40,921 nt of DNA from a virus: the UHGV virus genome UHGV-0093931; one strand, 5' to 3'. Below the pieces are notes generated by a model that was not told where the DNA came from, searched no databases, and worked only from the letters and a program-made list of their open reading frames with translations. The position numbers were made by a program, and so were the translations under genes. Below, piece by piece: positions 8,349 through 17,095 of the stretch (the first letter of the stretch is position 1; each line of letters starts with the position of its first letter).

Positions 8349-8900
8349 GTGGGTAACGAACCTATTTGGAAAGTCGAACGTCAGCCAGCCTGGCTGGTGG
8401 CGGCGATAAAAAAAACGATCACCGATCTTCCTGGTGGTTATGCCGAGGCGGCGGAATGGTTGGGCGTGACAGAGAACGCATTGTTCAACCGCCTTCGTGT
8501 TGACGGCGACCAAATCTTCCCGCTGGGCTGGGCAATGGTTTTACAACGTGCTGGTGGTTCAACTCATATTGCTGATGCCGTTGCGCGCCATTCTCAGGGC
8601 GTATTTGTACCGCTGGCAGACGTTGATGATCTGGATAACGCCGATATAAACCAGCGCCTGATGGAGTCCATTGAATGGATAGGTCGTCATTCTAATTTTG
8701 TACGTAAAGCCACGGCTGATGGGGTAATTGACGCAGATGAGCGTGCTCAGATTGAGGAAAACAGCTATCAGGTTATCGCGAAGTTCCAGGAGCACGTAAC
8801 GCTTCTTTATCGAGTTTTTTGTGTCGCTGAAAAGAGTGACGCCCGCGAGTGTGCAGCTCCGGGCGCCTTGGCGAACAACTCTTCGAGTATGGAGAAATAA
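8349..8900 (+). CDS. putative CII-like early regulator (phage 186 CII/CP76-like)
   Basis: 183-aa ORF directly after cro, GTG start with GGGGGGAG RBS; family assignment from memory only. Confidence 0.5.
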   Translation: MGNEPIWKVERQPAWLVAAIKKTITDLPGGYAEAAEWLGVTENALFNRLRVDGDQIFPLGWAMVLQRAGGSTHIADAVARHSQGVFVPLADVDDLDNADINQRLMESIEWIGRHSNFVRKATADGVIDADERAQIEENSYQVIAKFQEHVTLLYRVFCVAEKSDARECAAPGALANNSSSMEK

Positions 8901-8905
8901 TCCGC

Positions 8906-9232
8906 ATGAGCAGTTTAACGGCTTTTAACCGTCTACCGCAACTCAGGATGATCCCGGTTTCGGGTACTCCGTTGTTTCGGTATGAACGCAGATTATCAAA
9001 CCGCTGGGTTCCGTGTAACCACAGTAGGGCGGTTTCAATTGTGGGGGTCTATAACCGGAGGGCAAAACGCCTGTGCGCGAACTTAACCGAAGGTTCAAAG
9101 ACCACCGCGGAGTGTCTGTCCGTGTTATCCGCTGGGAACCAGAAACACAACGCGTTATCTACCTGCGTGATGGCTACCCGCACGAATGCTTCAGCCCACT
9201 TGAGCATTTCAGGCAAAAGTTCAGGGAGATAA
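8906..9232 (+). CDS. hypothetical protein (uncertain; an alternative overlapping 59-codon frame exists)
   Basis: ATG at 8906 with GGAG RBS; the S/R/N-rich translation is not convincingly protein-like. An alternative frame 9073..9252 reads more like a protein (see findings). Confidence 0.3.
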   Translation: MSSLTAFNRLPQLRMIPVSGTPLFRYERRLSNRWVPCNHSRAVSIVGVYNRRAKRLCANLTEGSKTTAECLSVLSAGNQKHNALSTCVMATRTNASAHLSISGKSSGR

Positions 9233-9241
9233 CGGACGATC

Positions 9242-10099
9242 ATGAGCACTAAATTAACCGGCTACGTATGGGATGGTTGCGCGGCGTCGGGCATGAAGTT
9301 GTCTAGTGTCGCGATCATGGCTCGCCTCGCTGATTTCAGCAGCGATGAGGGAGTGTGCTGGCCGTCCATTGAAACTATTGCTCGCCAGCTTGGCGCAGGG
9401 CCGAGCACGATCAGAACGGCAATCGCAAAGCTTGAAAAAGATGGCTGGCTCACGCGTACACAGCGCCGTAATGGTAACCGTAATGCGTCGAACGTGTACC
9501 GCCTGAATGTGGCGAAACTTCAGGCTGCCGCATTTTCTCAACTGTCAGATTCTGACACGTCAAAATCTGACGCATCAAATTTTGACGCCTCAAAAACTGA
9601 CCCGTCGAAATCTGGCAAAAACGGCGGTTTTGACCCGTCAGAATCTGGCGGGGATCCGTCAGTAAAATCAAAACAAGATCCACAAGTAACTTCAAAACCC
9701 TCTTGTCCGGTTGCGGCGCAACCAGACCCTGAAGTCGTGATTACTGATCAGGCAATTTTGGTTCTGACCCATTTGAACCAAATCAGCGGATCCCGGTATC
9801 AGAAATCAAAAACATCCCTGGAGAACATCCGTGCCCGACTGCGTGAGGGATACAGCGTTGCAGACCTGCAACTTGTTATCGACCTGAAGCATGAGCACTG
9901 GCACGAGAACGACGAGCAGTACCAGTACATGCGACCGGAAACGCTGTTTGGCCCGAAGAAATTCGAGAGCTATCTGCAAAGCGCTACCCGCTGGGAGCAG
10001 AAGGGACGGCCTAAACGTGCTGACTGGGGAGCGAAAAAGCGCGATGTGATGGCTTTTGGTCCGGTTGAAACAACGATTCCAGAGGGGTTCAGAGGATGA
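9242..10099 (+). CDS. phage replication initiator (O-like, N-terminal wHTH)
   Basis: 285 aa; N-terminal DNA-binding region; a low-complexity middle (SDSDTSKSDASNFDASKTDPSKSG) is encoded by the iteron repeats; first gene after the immunity/CII block. Confidence 0.75.
   Translation: MSTKLTGYVWDGCAASGMKLSSVAIMARLADFSSDEGVCWPSIETIARQLGAGPSTIRTAIAKLEKDGWLTRTQRRNGNRNASNVYRLNVAKLQAAAFSQLSDSDTSKSDASNFDASKTDPSKSGKNGGFDPSESGGDPSVKSKQDPQVTSKPSCPVAAQPDPEVVITDQAILVLTHLNQISGSRYQKSKTSLENIRARLREGYSVADLQLVIDLKHEHWHENDEQYQYMRPETLFGPKKFESYLQSATRWEQKGRPKRADWGAKKRDVMAFGPVETTIPEGFRG
9544..9651. repeat. iteron array (putative replication origin) inside the initiator gene
   Basis: Five tandem 15-bp units at 9544, 9559, 9574, 9589 and 9604 (gtcaGATTCTGACac, gtcaAAATCTGACgc, atcaAATTTTGACgc, ctcaAAAACTGACcc, gtcgAAATCTGGCaa) and a sixth copy at about 9637-9651; AT-richer DNA follows. 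Confidence 0.7.
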
Positions 10100-10977
10100 C
10101 GTTAAACAAATATTGCCAGGCGCTGGTGGCACTACGTAGCCAACCAGCCCACGAATTGAAAGAAGTTGGCGATCAGTGGCGGACACCGGACCTGCTTTTT
10201 TGGGGCATTAATGCGATGTTCGGCCCGCTGACGCTGGATCTCTTTGCTGATGACGATAACGCTAAGTGCCCTGTGTGGTACACCGCCGAAGATAACGCGC
10301 TGGTACAAGATTGGGCGGAAATGCTGGAATCAATCGGCGGGGCCGCATTCGGTAATCCACCATATAGCCGTTCGCAGTACCACGAGAAACAGGCGATAAC
10401 CGGCATGACCCACATCATGGATCGCACAATGGAAATGCGTGAAAAGAGTGGGCGTTACGTGTTCCTCATTAAAGCGGCGACAAGTGAAACATGGTGGCCG
10501 GAAGATGCCGATCACATCATGTTTATCCGCGGTCGTATTGGCTTCGATCTCCCTGTGTGGTTTGTTCCTGCTGATGATAAGCAGAAGCCCACTGGTGCTT
10601 TCTTTGCTGGTGCTATTGCAATCTTTGATAAGTCATGGCGCGGAGAGCGTTTCAGCTACATCAGCCGTACCGAACTGGAAGAAAAAGGGCGGGCGTTTAT
10701 GGCTTTGGCTCAATTCGCCGTTGGTAAAGAGCAAACAATTGCAATGCAGGCAGCTAAGGAACCAGCAGCAACACCGGAAACTGAGTCACGAATTTGGCCT
10801 CTCGAGGTTGGTCTGGTGTTTAACCAGGTGGAAGGCGTTGATGTATTGAGCGAGGCCCAGCAGAACAAACTGAAAGCCAACATCAATCAACTCTGGCTGG
10901 AACGAACGGCCACCAGCGAAATTATCACAATTGCGCGTGGTCTTGTTGGCAGCATGCAGGGGGTAACCCATGCGTGA
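10096..10977 (+). CDS. phage N6-adenine DNA methyltransferase (Dam-like)
   Basis: 293 aa; ...WRTPDLLF... and catalytic ...GNPPYS... motif typical of N6-A methyltransferases. Confidence 0.8.
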   Translation: MTLNKYCQALVALRSQPAHELKEVGDQWRTPDLLFWGINAMFGPLTLDLFADDDNAKCPVWYTAEDNALVQDWAEMLESIGGAAFGNPPYSRSQYHEKQAITGMTHIMDRTMEMREKSGRYVFLIKAATSETWWPEDADHIMFIRGRIGFDLPVWFVPADDKQKPTGAFFAGAIAIFDKSWRGERFSYISRTELEEKGRAFMALAQFAVGKEQTIAMQAAKEPAATPETESRIWPLEVGLVFNQVEGVDVLSEAQQNKLKANINQLWLERTATSEIITIARGLVGSMQGVTHA

Positions 10978-12904
10978 GATTATCGTTGATAACTTTGCTG
11001 GTGGCGGTGGTGCATCAACGGGTATTGAACTGGCGATCGGACGCAGCGTGGATATTGCGATCAACCACGACGAAAACGCCATTGCGATGCACAAGACGAA
11101 CCACCCTGACACACTGCATTACTGTGAATCCGTATTTGACGTGGATCCGGTAGCCGCCACCGGCGGCAATCCTGTTGGCCTGGCATGGTTTAGCCCGGAC
11201 TGCCGACACTTCTCAAAGGCCAAAGGCGCAAAGCCTGTGAAAAAAGAGATACGCGGTCTGGCCTGGATCGTTCTGCGTTGGGCACTGGCGAAGCGACCGC
11301 GCGTGATGATGCTGGAGAACGTGGAAGAGTTTAAAACGTGGGGACCGCTGCTGGCCGATGAAATGCGTCCAGACCCTGCCCGCACTGGCGAAACATTCAA
11401 TGCTTTTGTCGGCATGCTTTCCACTGGCATTCCTGCCGATCACCCGGCACTGGCGGAGGTCTGCGAATTTCTTGCTATTGATCCTGGCAGCACGCAGGCC
11501 AAACAGCTGGTGGAAGGGCTTGGATATGATGTTGATTATCGCGAACTGCGCGCGTGTGATTACGGCGCGCCGACGATCCGCAAACGCTTCTTCATGGTTA
11601 TGCGCTGCGATGGTTGCCCTATTCAGTGGCCTGTTGTAACCCATGGGGATCCCAAGTCACTGGAGGTGCAGAGCGGCAGGCTGATGCCATGGCGTACCGC
11701 TGCGGAATGTATCGACTGGAATGTTCCGGCTCTGTCCATCTTCGACCGCAAAAAACCGCTGGCAGAGAACACTCTGAAGCGGATCGCACGCGGCATACAG
11801 CGCTTTGTTATCGAAAGTGCGTCGCCGTTTATCGTGAAGTGCAACCACACGAGCTCAAAAAATGCGTATGACGCTTTTCGCGGACAGTCACTGAATGAGC
11901 CATTACAGACCATTACTAAAAAACTCGGCTACGCGTTAGCCGTTCCACACCTTACAAAATTCCGCACTGGCGCAACCGGGCAGCCCGTTACCGAACCTGT
12001 TCCGACGGTAACCGCTGGCACGTCAAAACGCCCGGGCGGGAACGGGCATGCTCTCGGGATTGTTGAGGCTGCATTGACACCATTCCTGGCGGGTAATGGT
12101 GGTAGTGAATACCAGGCTAAACCGCGCCCGCTGAATAAACCTGCTCATACCATTCTGAAGCAATCCCGAGCCTGTCTTGTTGCGCCAGTGATAGCCCGCC
12201 AGTTTGGGGCCAGCGTCGGCCACCGTGCAGACGAACCGAGCGCAACCATCACCGCTGGTGGTGGCGGTAAATCTCAACTGGTAACGCCTACGCTGATTCA
12301 GATGGGTTATGGCGAACGACCTGGACAAGAACCGCGTGTGCTGCGACTGGATAACCCGCTGGGGACCGTTACTGCAGGCGGAAATAAATTTGCGACGGTG
12401 AGCGCATTCCTGGCGAAACACTACGGCGGTAACTATACGGGGCCGGGTGTCAGTATGGATGAACCCGCGCATTCAGTGACCACTGTCGACCATCATGCGG
12501 TAGTTGCCTCTCATCTGGTGAAACTGCGTGGAACATGCCGCGACGGGCAACGCCTTGATGTGCCAATGCCAACAATCACTGCTGGTGGCCAACACGTGGG
12601 TGAGGTACGCACATTTCTCGAGACGTATTGCGGGGAAAGTGACGATGAATGGCTGGTAACGATCGATGGGGTTAAATACCAGATCGTTGATATCGGAATG
12701 CGCATGTTGCAGCCGCATGAACTCTACAAAGCGCAGGGCTTCCCGGATGGTTACGTTATTGATCAGGACTACCGTGGAAATCGCTATGCAAAAGATAAGC
12801 AGGTAGCCCGCTGCGGTAATGCGGTACCACCACCATTCGCCCGGGCGCTGGTTGAGGCAAATCTTCCGGAACTGTGTGCAGTGCAACAGCAGGAGGTGGC
12901 ATGA
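10970..12904 (+). CDS. DNA (cytosine-5)-methyltransferase with large variable region
   Basis: 644 aa; motif I FAGGGG, ENV motif (MLENVEEF) and C-terminal ...RCGNAVPP... (motif X); the catalytic Cys is in an atypical ...SPDCRHFS... context; long insert between conserved blocks. Confidence 0.8.
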   Translation: MREIIVDNFAGGGGASTGIELAIGRSVDIAINHDENAIAMHKTNHPDTLHYCESVFDVDPVAATGGNPVGLAWFSPDCRHFSKAKGAKPVKKEIRGLAWIVLRWALAKRPRVMMLENVEEFKTWGPLLADEMRPDPARTGETFNAFVGMLSTGIPADHPALAEVCEFLAIDPGSTQAKQLVEGLGYDVDYRELRACDYGAPTIRKRFFMVMRCDGCPIQWPVVTHGDPKSLEVQSGRLMPWRTAAECIDWNVPALSIFDRKKPLAENTLKRIARGIQRFVIESASPFIVKCNHTSSKNAYDAFRGQSLNEPLQTITKKLGYALAVPHLTKFRTGATGQPVTEPVPTVTAGTSKRPGGNGHALGIVEAALTPFLAGNGGSEYQAKPRPLNKPAHTILKQSRACLVAPVIARQFGASVGHRADEPSATITAGGGGKSQLVTPTLIQMGYGERPGQEPRVLRLDNPLGTVTAGGNKFATVSAFLAKHYGGNYTGPGVSMDEPAHSVTTVDHHAVVASHLVKLRGTCRDGQRLDVPMPTITAGGQHVGEVRTFLETYCGESDDEWLVTIDGVKYQIVDIGMRMLQPHELYKAQGFPDGYVIDQDYRGNRYAKDKQVARCGNAVPPPFARALVEANLPELCAVQQQEVA

Positions 12905-13287
12905 AACTTGTGCTCCCGTTCCCTCCGAGCGTGAACACTTACTGGCGCGCCCCTAACAAGGGGCCGCTGGCCGGTCGTCACCTCATTAGCGCTGATGGTC
13001 GTAAATACCAGAGCGCTGCCTGCGTGGCGATCATTGAGCAATTACGACGTCTCCCGAAGCCATCGACTGAACTGGCAGCGGTAGAAATCACTCTGTACCC
13101 GCCGGATGCGCGCCGTCGGGATATCGATAATTACAACAAAGCCCTGTTTGACGCGCTGACGCATGCGGGTGTCTGGGAAGACGACAGCCAGATTAAGCGC
13201 ATGCTGGTGGAATGGGGACCCGTTGTGCCGAAAGGTCGGGTAGAGATAACGATCAGCAGATATGAACCGGCGGGTGCAGCCGCCTGA
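12901..13287 (+). CDS. rusA: RusA-family Holliday junction resolvase
   Basis: MKLVLPFPPSVNTYW... N-terminus and overall length typical of RusA; ATG at 12901 overlaps the upstream stop (ATGA). Confidence 0.85.
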   Translation: MKLVLPFPPSVNTYWRAPNKGPLAGRHLISADGRKYQSAACVAIIEQLRRLPKPSTELAAVEITLYPPDARRRDIDNYNKALFDALTHAGVWEDDSQIKRMLVEWGPVVPKGRVEITISRYEPAGAAA

Positions 13288-13300
13288 TATGGAGAAAAGT

Positions 13301-13987
13301 ATGAGCCAGTTAATCGTGAATGGTGTAGTAACAATGTCCAGCCGTGATATTGCGGATCTGGTTCAAAGTAAACACAGTGACGTGAAACGCTCGGCTGAGC
13401 GTCTTGTTGCTGCGGGAATTTTAACCGCGCCGTTGGCGCAGTTCGATTTTGAGCATAACGGTAATGTGTACCAGGAGTATCGTTTTAACAAACGCGACTC
13501 TCTGGTGATTGTTGCCAGACTGTCTCCTGAATTTACCGCCGCGGTCGTCGATCGCTGGCAGGAACTGGAAGAAGGGCAGAGTGTCAGTGTTCCCCGCTCA
13601 TTGCCGGAAGCGCTTCGCCTGGCTGCTGATTTAGCCGAGCAGAAAGAGCAACTGACCATCCAGCTGGCAGCCGCGGCGCCAAAAGTGGAGTTTGTTGATC
13701 GTTATTGCTCTGCAAAAGGCTCCATGTCATTCCGGCAGGTAGCCAAATTGCTCAACGCAAAAGAAACTGAGTTTCGTCTGTTCCTTATTGAACGCAATAT
13801 CCTGTATCGCCTCGGCGGCACACTTACCCCCATGGCGCAGCACATTTCCGCGGGAAGATTTGAAGTTAAGACGGGAACATCGAGCACATCCAATCACGCA
13901 TTCAGCCAGACGCGTTTCACTGCCAGGGGAGTACGCTGGATTGGTGGTTTGTGGGCTGAACATATTGCAGGGGGGCAGGCGGCGTGA
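13301..13987 (+). CDS. Rha-family phage regulatory protein / antirepressor-like
   Basis: N-terminal ...SSRDIADLVQSKHSDVKRSAERL... typical of Rha-type domains; start taken at MSQLIV (13301). Confidence 0.7.
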   Translation: MSQLIVNGVVTMSSRDIADLVQSKHSDVKRSAERLVAAGILTAPLAQFDFEHNGNVYQEYRFNKRDSLVIVARLSPEFTAAVVDRWQELEEGQSVSVPRSLPEALRLAADLAEQKEQLTIQLAAAAPKVEFVDRYCSAKGSMSFRQVAKLLNAKETEFRLFLIERNILYRLGGTLTPMAQHISAGRFEVKTGTSSTSNHAFSQTRFTARGVRWIGGLWAEHIAGGQAA

Positions 13988-14979
13988 GGGCTTTGTTAAC
14001 TCCTGAAGTCGCCCATCGCATGGGGATTGTGTTGTTTCGTCCCGGCGCGGAACTGATGCACCTCTTTATGCGCGGTCGCGTTCTGCTCGAGCCTGAACCA
14101 GAAGAAATGGCGTCATTCAGTACAGGAGCTGTTCCCGCCGCCATTCAGCCGCTGGCTGATGATCCGGTAATGCGGCAGGTCTTCGGGAATGAGCGGGTTA
14201 TTCAGCGTGCCGGCGGGCTTCCTTCCCTTGAGCAATGGTTGAGTAATCGATTTGAATGCCAGTGGCCACATTCAACGTGGCACGACAAGAACTTCACAAC
14301 AATGCGGCACCCACCAGGAAGTATTCGCCTGTGCTGGCATTGCGATCACACTTTGTCGGGGCAGCATACCGAACAGCTTGCAGGTATAGCGGCAGGAAAC
14401 CTGGTATCCTGGATTCTGGAAGTCATTCTGCGTGATTCTGGTTTTCCCGAGTCGCATATCCTGACGCTTCCGGAACTGTGCTGGTGGATGGTCAGAAACG
14501 ACCTGGCTGATGTTATGCCGGAAAGCGTTGCGCACAAGGGGCTACGCCTTCCGGATGAGAAGATCCGCTCGGTCATGAGGGAAAGCGACATTGTGCCTTC
14601 CGCTTCTGCAACCAGCCTCGTGCAGGAGAAGGCGAAGAAGATCCTCACGCTCTCTGTTGATCCGGAATCTCCAGAATCTTTCATGCTCAGGCCAAAGCGA
14701 CGCCGCTGGATAAATGAGACGTACACCCGCTGGGTTAAAACACAACCCTGTGAGTGTTGCCGACGGCCAGCAGATGATCCGCACCATATCGTAGGGCATG
14801 GTATGGGTGGTACAGCAACAAAAGCCCATGACCTCTTCGTGATCCCTCTGTGCAGAGAGTGCCACGACGAGTTACACGCCGATGTACCGGCATTCGAGCA
14901 GAAGCATGGTACGCAGCTTGAGCTGCTACTGCGTTTTATGGATCGGGCGCTGGCGATCGGCGTAATTGCGAAAGCTTAA
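13984..14979 (+). CDS. DUF968-family prophage protein (HNH-like Cys/His cluster)
   Basis: 331 aa; C-terminal ...CECCRRPADDPHHIVGHGMGG...CRECHDELH... metal-binding cluster as in YdfU-like proteins; GTG start overlapping the upstream stop. Confidence 0.7.
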   Translation: MRALLTPEVAHRMGIVLFRPGAELMHLFMRGRVLLEPEPEEMASFSTGAVPAAIQPLADDPVMRQVFGNERVIQRAGGLPSLEQWLSNRFECQWPHSTWHDKNFTTMRHPPGSIRLCWHCDHTLSGQHTEQLAGIAAGNLVSWILEVILRDSGFPESHILTLPELCWWMVRNDLADVMPESVAHKGLRLPDEKIRSVMRESDIVPSASATSLVQEKAKKILTLSVDPESPESFMLRPKRRRWINETYTRWVKTQPCECCRRPADDPHHIVGHGMGGTATKAHDLFVIPLCRECHDELHADVPAFEQKHGTQLELLLRFMDRALAIGVIAKA

Positions 14980-15000
14980 GTGTATGGAGCGCAAAGAAGC

Positions 15001-15690
15001 ATGAATCAACAAGACCTGAATTTTGTCAGAATAGAATTGCGCCGCGCGCTACCTGACCTCTCTGGGGGAACAAAAGGGCAGCTTGAGGCTTTCAGTGAAC
15101 ACCCACCAGCAGATAAAAATGCCACCCCGCGCCGTGGAATTCATCTCGTCGAACTCGAAGGAGATAAGGGGCCACGCTTTGTTAACTCGCTTTCCGCGCC
15201 ACTGTATGTGCTGGAAACACGCAGCCGCCGTAGGCCAATGCCGCCGATAAAAGATGCGGAATTTGAGTCAGCGCCGTGGCGTAGGGCAGTGTCCGCGCTT
15301 AGTGGATACCAGCAGGCCTGGTTGCGGTACTGTTACGGTTTTGACCTTAGCTATAAGCACCAGGTGATGATGTGTGAATACGTCTGGAAAACTTATCAGA
15401 AATGCCTGGGTGATAATTCCCTTCAGGAGCGCGTAGTAAAGAAACTGATTGGCCTGGTATGGCTGGCAGGGCAGGAAATTGCCGCAACCAGAAATAATGA
15501 AACCTATAAAGACTATGCTGGTGCAGCGTTGGCCCGCATGGTTAGCGTTGACCGTTCGACATGGTTGCGTGTCTATTCAGGGCACTGGGCTGGGTTAAAG
15601 GCCGCTTTTACCCAGCTTGATGAATCTGCGCTGGCCATGGCTCTTGAATACTATGAGGAAGAAGACGCCCTCAAAGTGGCAGAAATGTGA
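15001..15690 (+). CDS. putative late-gene antiterminator (Q-like)
   Basis: Last gene of the early-right operon, directly upstream of a promoter/terminator module and the lysis cassette; family call by position and memory. Confidence 0.5.
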   Translation: MNQQDLNFVRIELRRALPDLSGGTKGQLEAFSEHPPADKNATPRRGIHLVELEGDKGPRFVNSLSAPLYVLETRSRRRPMPPIKDAEFESAPWRRAVSALSGYQQAWLRYCYGFDLSYKHQVMMCEYVWKTYQKCLGDNSLQERVVKKLIGLVWLAGQEIAATRNNETYKDYAGAALARMVSVDRSTWLRVYSGHWAGLKAAFTQLDESALAMALEYYEEEDALKVAEM

Positions 15691-15782
15691 AGTAAATTTC
15701 ACTATCTCCTTCAAACGCGCTTGCAAAATGCAACAAAATAAGCCATATTTGAAGCATATTTGATATGTTGCCAAAGTTCTAT

Positions 15783-15810
15783 AAACCCGCCTGTGAGCGG
15801 GTTTTTCTTT
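15783..15810 (+). terminator. intrinsic terminator (tR'-like)
   Basis: AAACCCGC-ctgtga-GCGGGTTT stem-loop followed by TTTTCTTT. Confidence 0.7.
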
Positions 15811-15847
15811 AACCTCTTTTGGCACTCAATCTACGTCAAAATCAATA

Positions 15848-15856
15848 TGTTATAAT
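15848..15856 (+). promoter_or_regulatory. extended -10 promoter element (TGtTATAAT)
   Basis: TGn-TATAAT at 15848-15856, about 35 nt upstream of the 15892 ORF; could be the late promoter or a moron promoter. Confidence 0.45.
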
Positions 15857-15891
15857 TCCGCTGGTCAAAACAAGCCACCGGAGGCAGTGCT

Positions 15892-16131
15892 ATGAAAATC
15901 ACATCTGTACATTTCGAAATTCTGCGTCGAGCAGATGCACTTGGTCCACGTGAAACAATTCAATCTTCTGATCTTCCTCACATTCCAGCGAAAACGGTAG
16001 ATTTTGCCATTTCAGATCTTGCTGATTTGGGATTGGTAAATGCTGTTCAAAGTAAGTCTGATGAAGGTGGGTGGATAGCGATTGAAATCACGTCAAAGGG
16101 TGATCGCTATTTAAATGAACTAGAGGCTTAA
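15892..16131 (+). CDS. hypothetical small protein (moron between Q and lysis genes)
   Basis: 79-aa ORF with GGAGG RBS, AT-richer than neighbours, bracketed by its own promoter-like element and terminator. Confidence 0.55.
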   Translation: MKITSVHFEILRRADALGPRETIQSSDLPHIPAKTVDFAISDLADLGLVNAVQSKSDEGGWIAIEITSKGDRYLNELEA

Positions 16132-16166
16132 TTCACTCTCTAGTAAAACGCGGGACATAATCTATA

Positions 16167-16190
16167 GGCTGCCATTTGGCGGCCTTTTCT
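16167..16190 (+). terminator. intrinsic terminator
   Basis: GGCTGCC-attt-GGCGGCC stem (one G-U pair) followed by TTTTCTATTT. Confidence 0.55.
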
Positions 16191-16296
16191 ATTTCAGGCT
16201 CTGGGAATCACCCTTACTTTCACCTTTGCATAAGAGCCCAGAAGCCTGATCCTCCTTTCATCACACAGCGCCATCCGAACTATCGGAGGTGAGGCT

Positions 16297-16575
16297 ATGA
16301 CCAGAATGAGCACCATTTACAGCAGACTTTCATATGGAACAGGAACCACGCTGACCGGCTGCGGTGTATCAGCGAAGGCATACGCCGAAACAGCTAAAAC
16401 AGCAAAAGAGGTGTCCTGGATGTTGGCCGACAGAATTGCAGGGTTAAGCCTGAGCGACTGGGCAATTATTGTCGGTATCGCATGCACCGTTATTACCTGT
16501 GCAGTGAACTGGTATTTCCGCTGGAAAGAACGGGAGGATCGTCGCAATGGCTATGCCACAAAAGCTGAAGAATAA
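16297..16575 (+). CDS. holin, pinholin-like (phage 21 S-like) with dual-start motif
   Basis: 92 aa; begins MTRM (two Met codons separated by a basic residue); weakly hydrophobic first segment, clear TMD (WAIIVGIACTVITCAVNWYF) and charged tail (...REDRR...) resembling the S21 pinholin; sits immediately before a SAR endolysin. Confidence 0.7.
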   Translation: MTRMSTIYSRLSYGTGTTLTGCGVSAKAYAETAKTAKEVSWMLADRIAGLSLSDWAIIVGIACTVITCAVNWYFRWKEREDRRNGYATKAEE

Positions 16576-17095
16576 ACTGAGCGCAGCTGTCGTTGGGTTA
16601 ATTCTTGCCGGGGCTTCCGCACCCGTAATTCTCGATCAGTTTCTGGATGAGAAAGAGGGTAACAGCACAACAGCGTACAAGGACGGCTCTGGTATATGGA
16701 CCATTTGTCGTGGCGCAACGATGGTTGATGGTAAGCCAGTAGTTCAGGGCATGAAGCTGCCTGCTGAGAAATGCGCTCAGGTAAATGCTATTGAACGCGA
16801 TAAAGCGCTGGCGTGGGTTGACCGAAATATCAAAGTACCACTGACGGAACCACAGAAAGCGGGTATCGCTTCTTTCTGCCCATATAACATCGGCCCCGGA
16901 AAATGTTTCCCGTCTACGTTCTATAAGCGAATTAATGCTGGCGACCGTAAAGGAGCCTGTGAAGCGATCCGCTGGTGGATAAAAGACGGTGGCCGCGATT
17001 GTCGCCTGACCAAAGGGCAGAAGAATGGTTGTTATGGGCAGGTAGAAAGGCGAGACCAGGAAAGCGCGCTGGCTTGCTGGGGGATAGACCAGTGA
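16547..17095 (+). CDS. SAR endolysin (lysozyme, T4/P1-lysozyme-like)
   Basis: N-terminal signal-anchor-release-like segment (...LSAAVVGLILAGASAPVIL...) followed by a catalytic E...D...T region (EGNSTTAYKDGSGIWTICRG). Confidence 0.85.
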   Translation: MAMPQKLKNKLSAAVVGLILAGASAPVILDQFLDEKEGNSTTAYKDGSGIWTICRGATMVDGKPVVQGMKLPAEKCAQVNAIERDKALAWVDRNIKVPLTEPQKAGIASFCPYNIGPGKCFPSTFYKRINAGDRKGACEAIRWWIKDGGRDCRLTKGQKNGCYGQVERRDQESALACWGIDQ

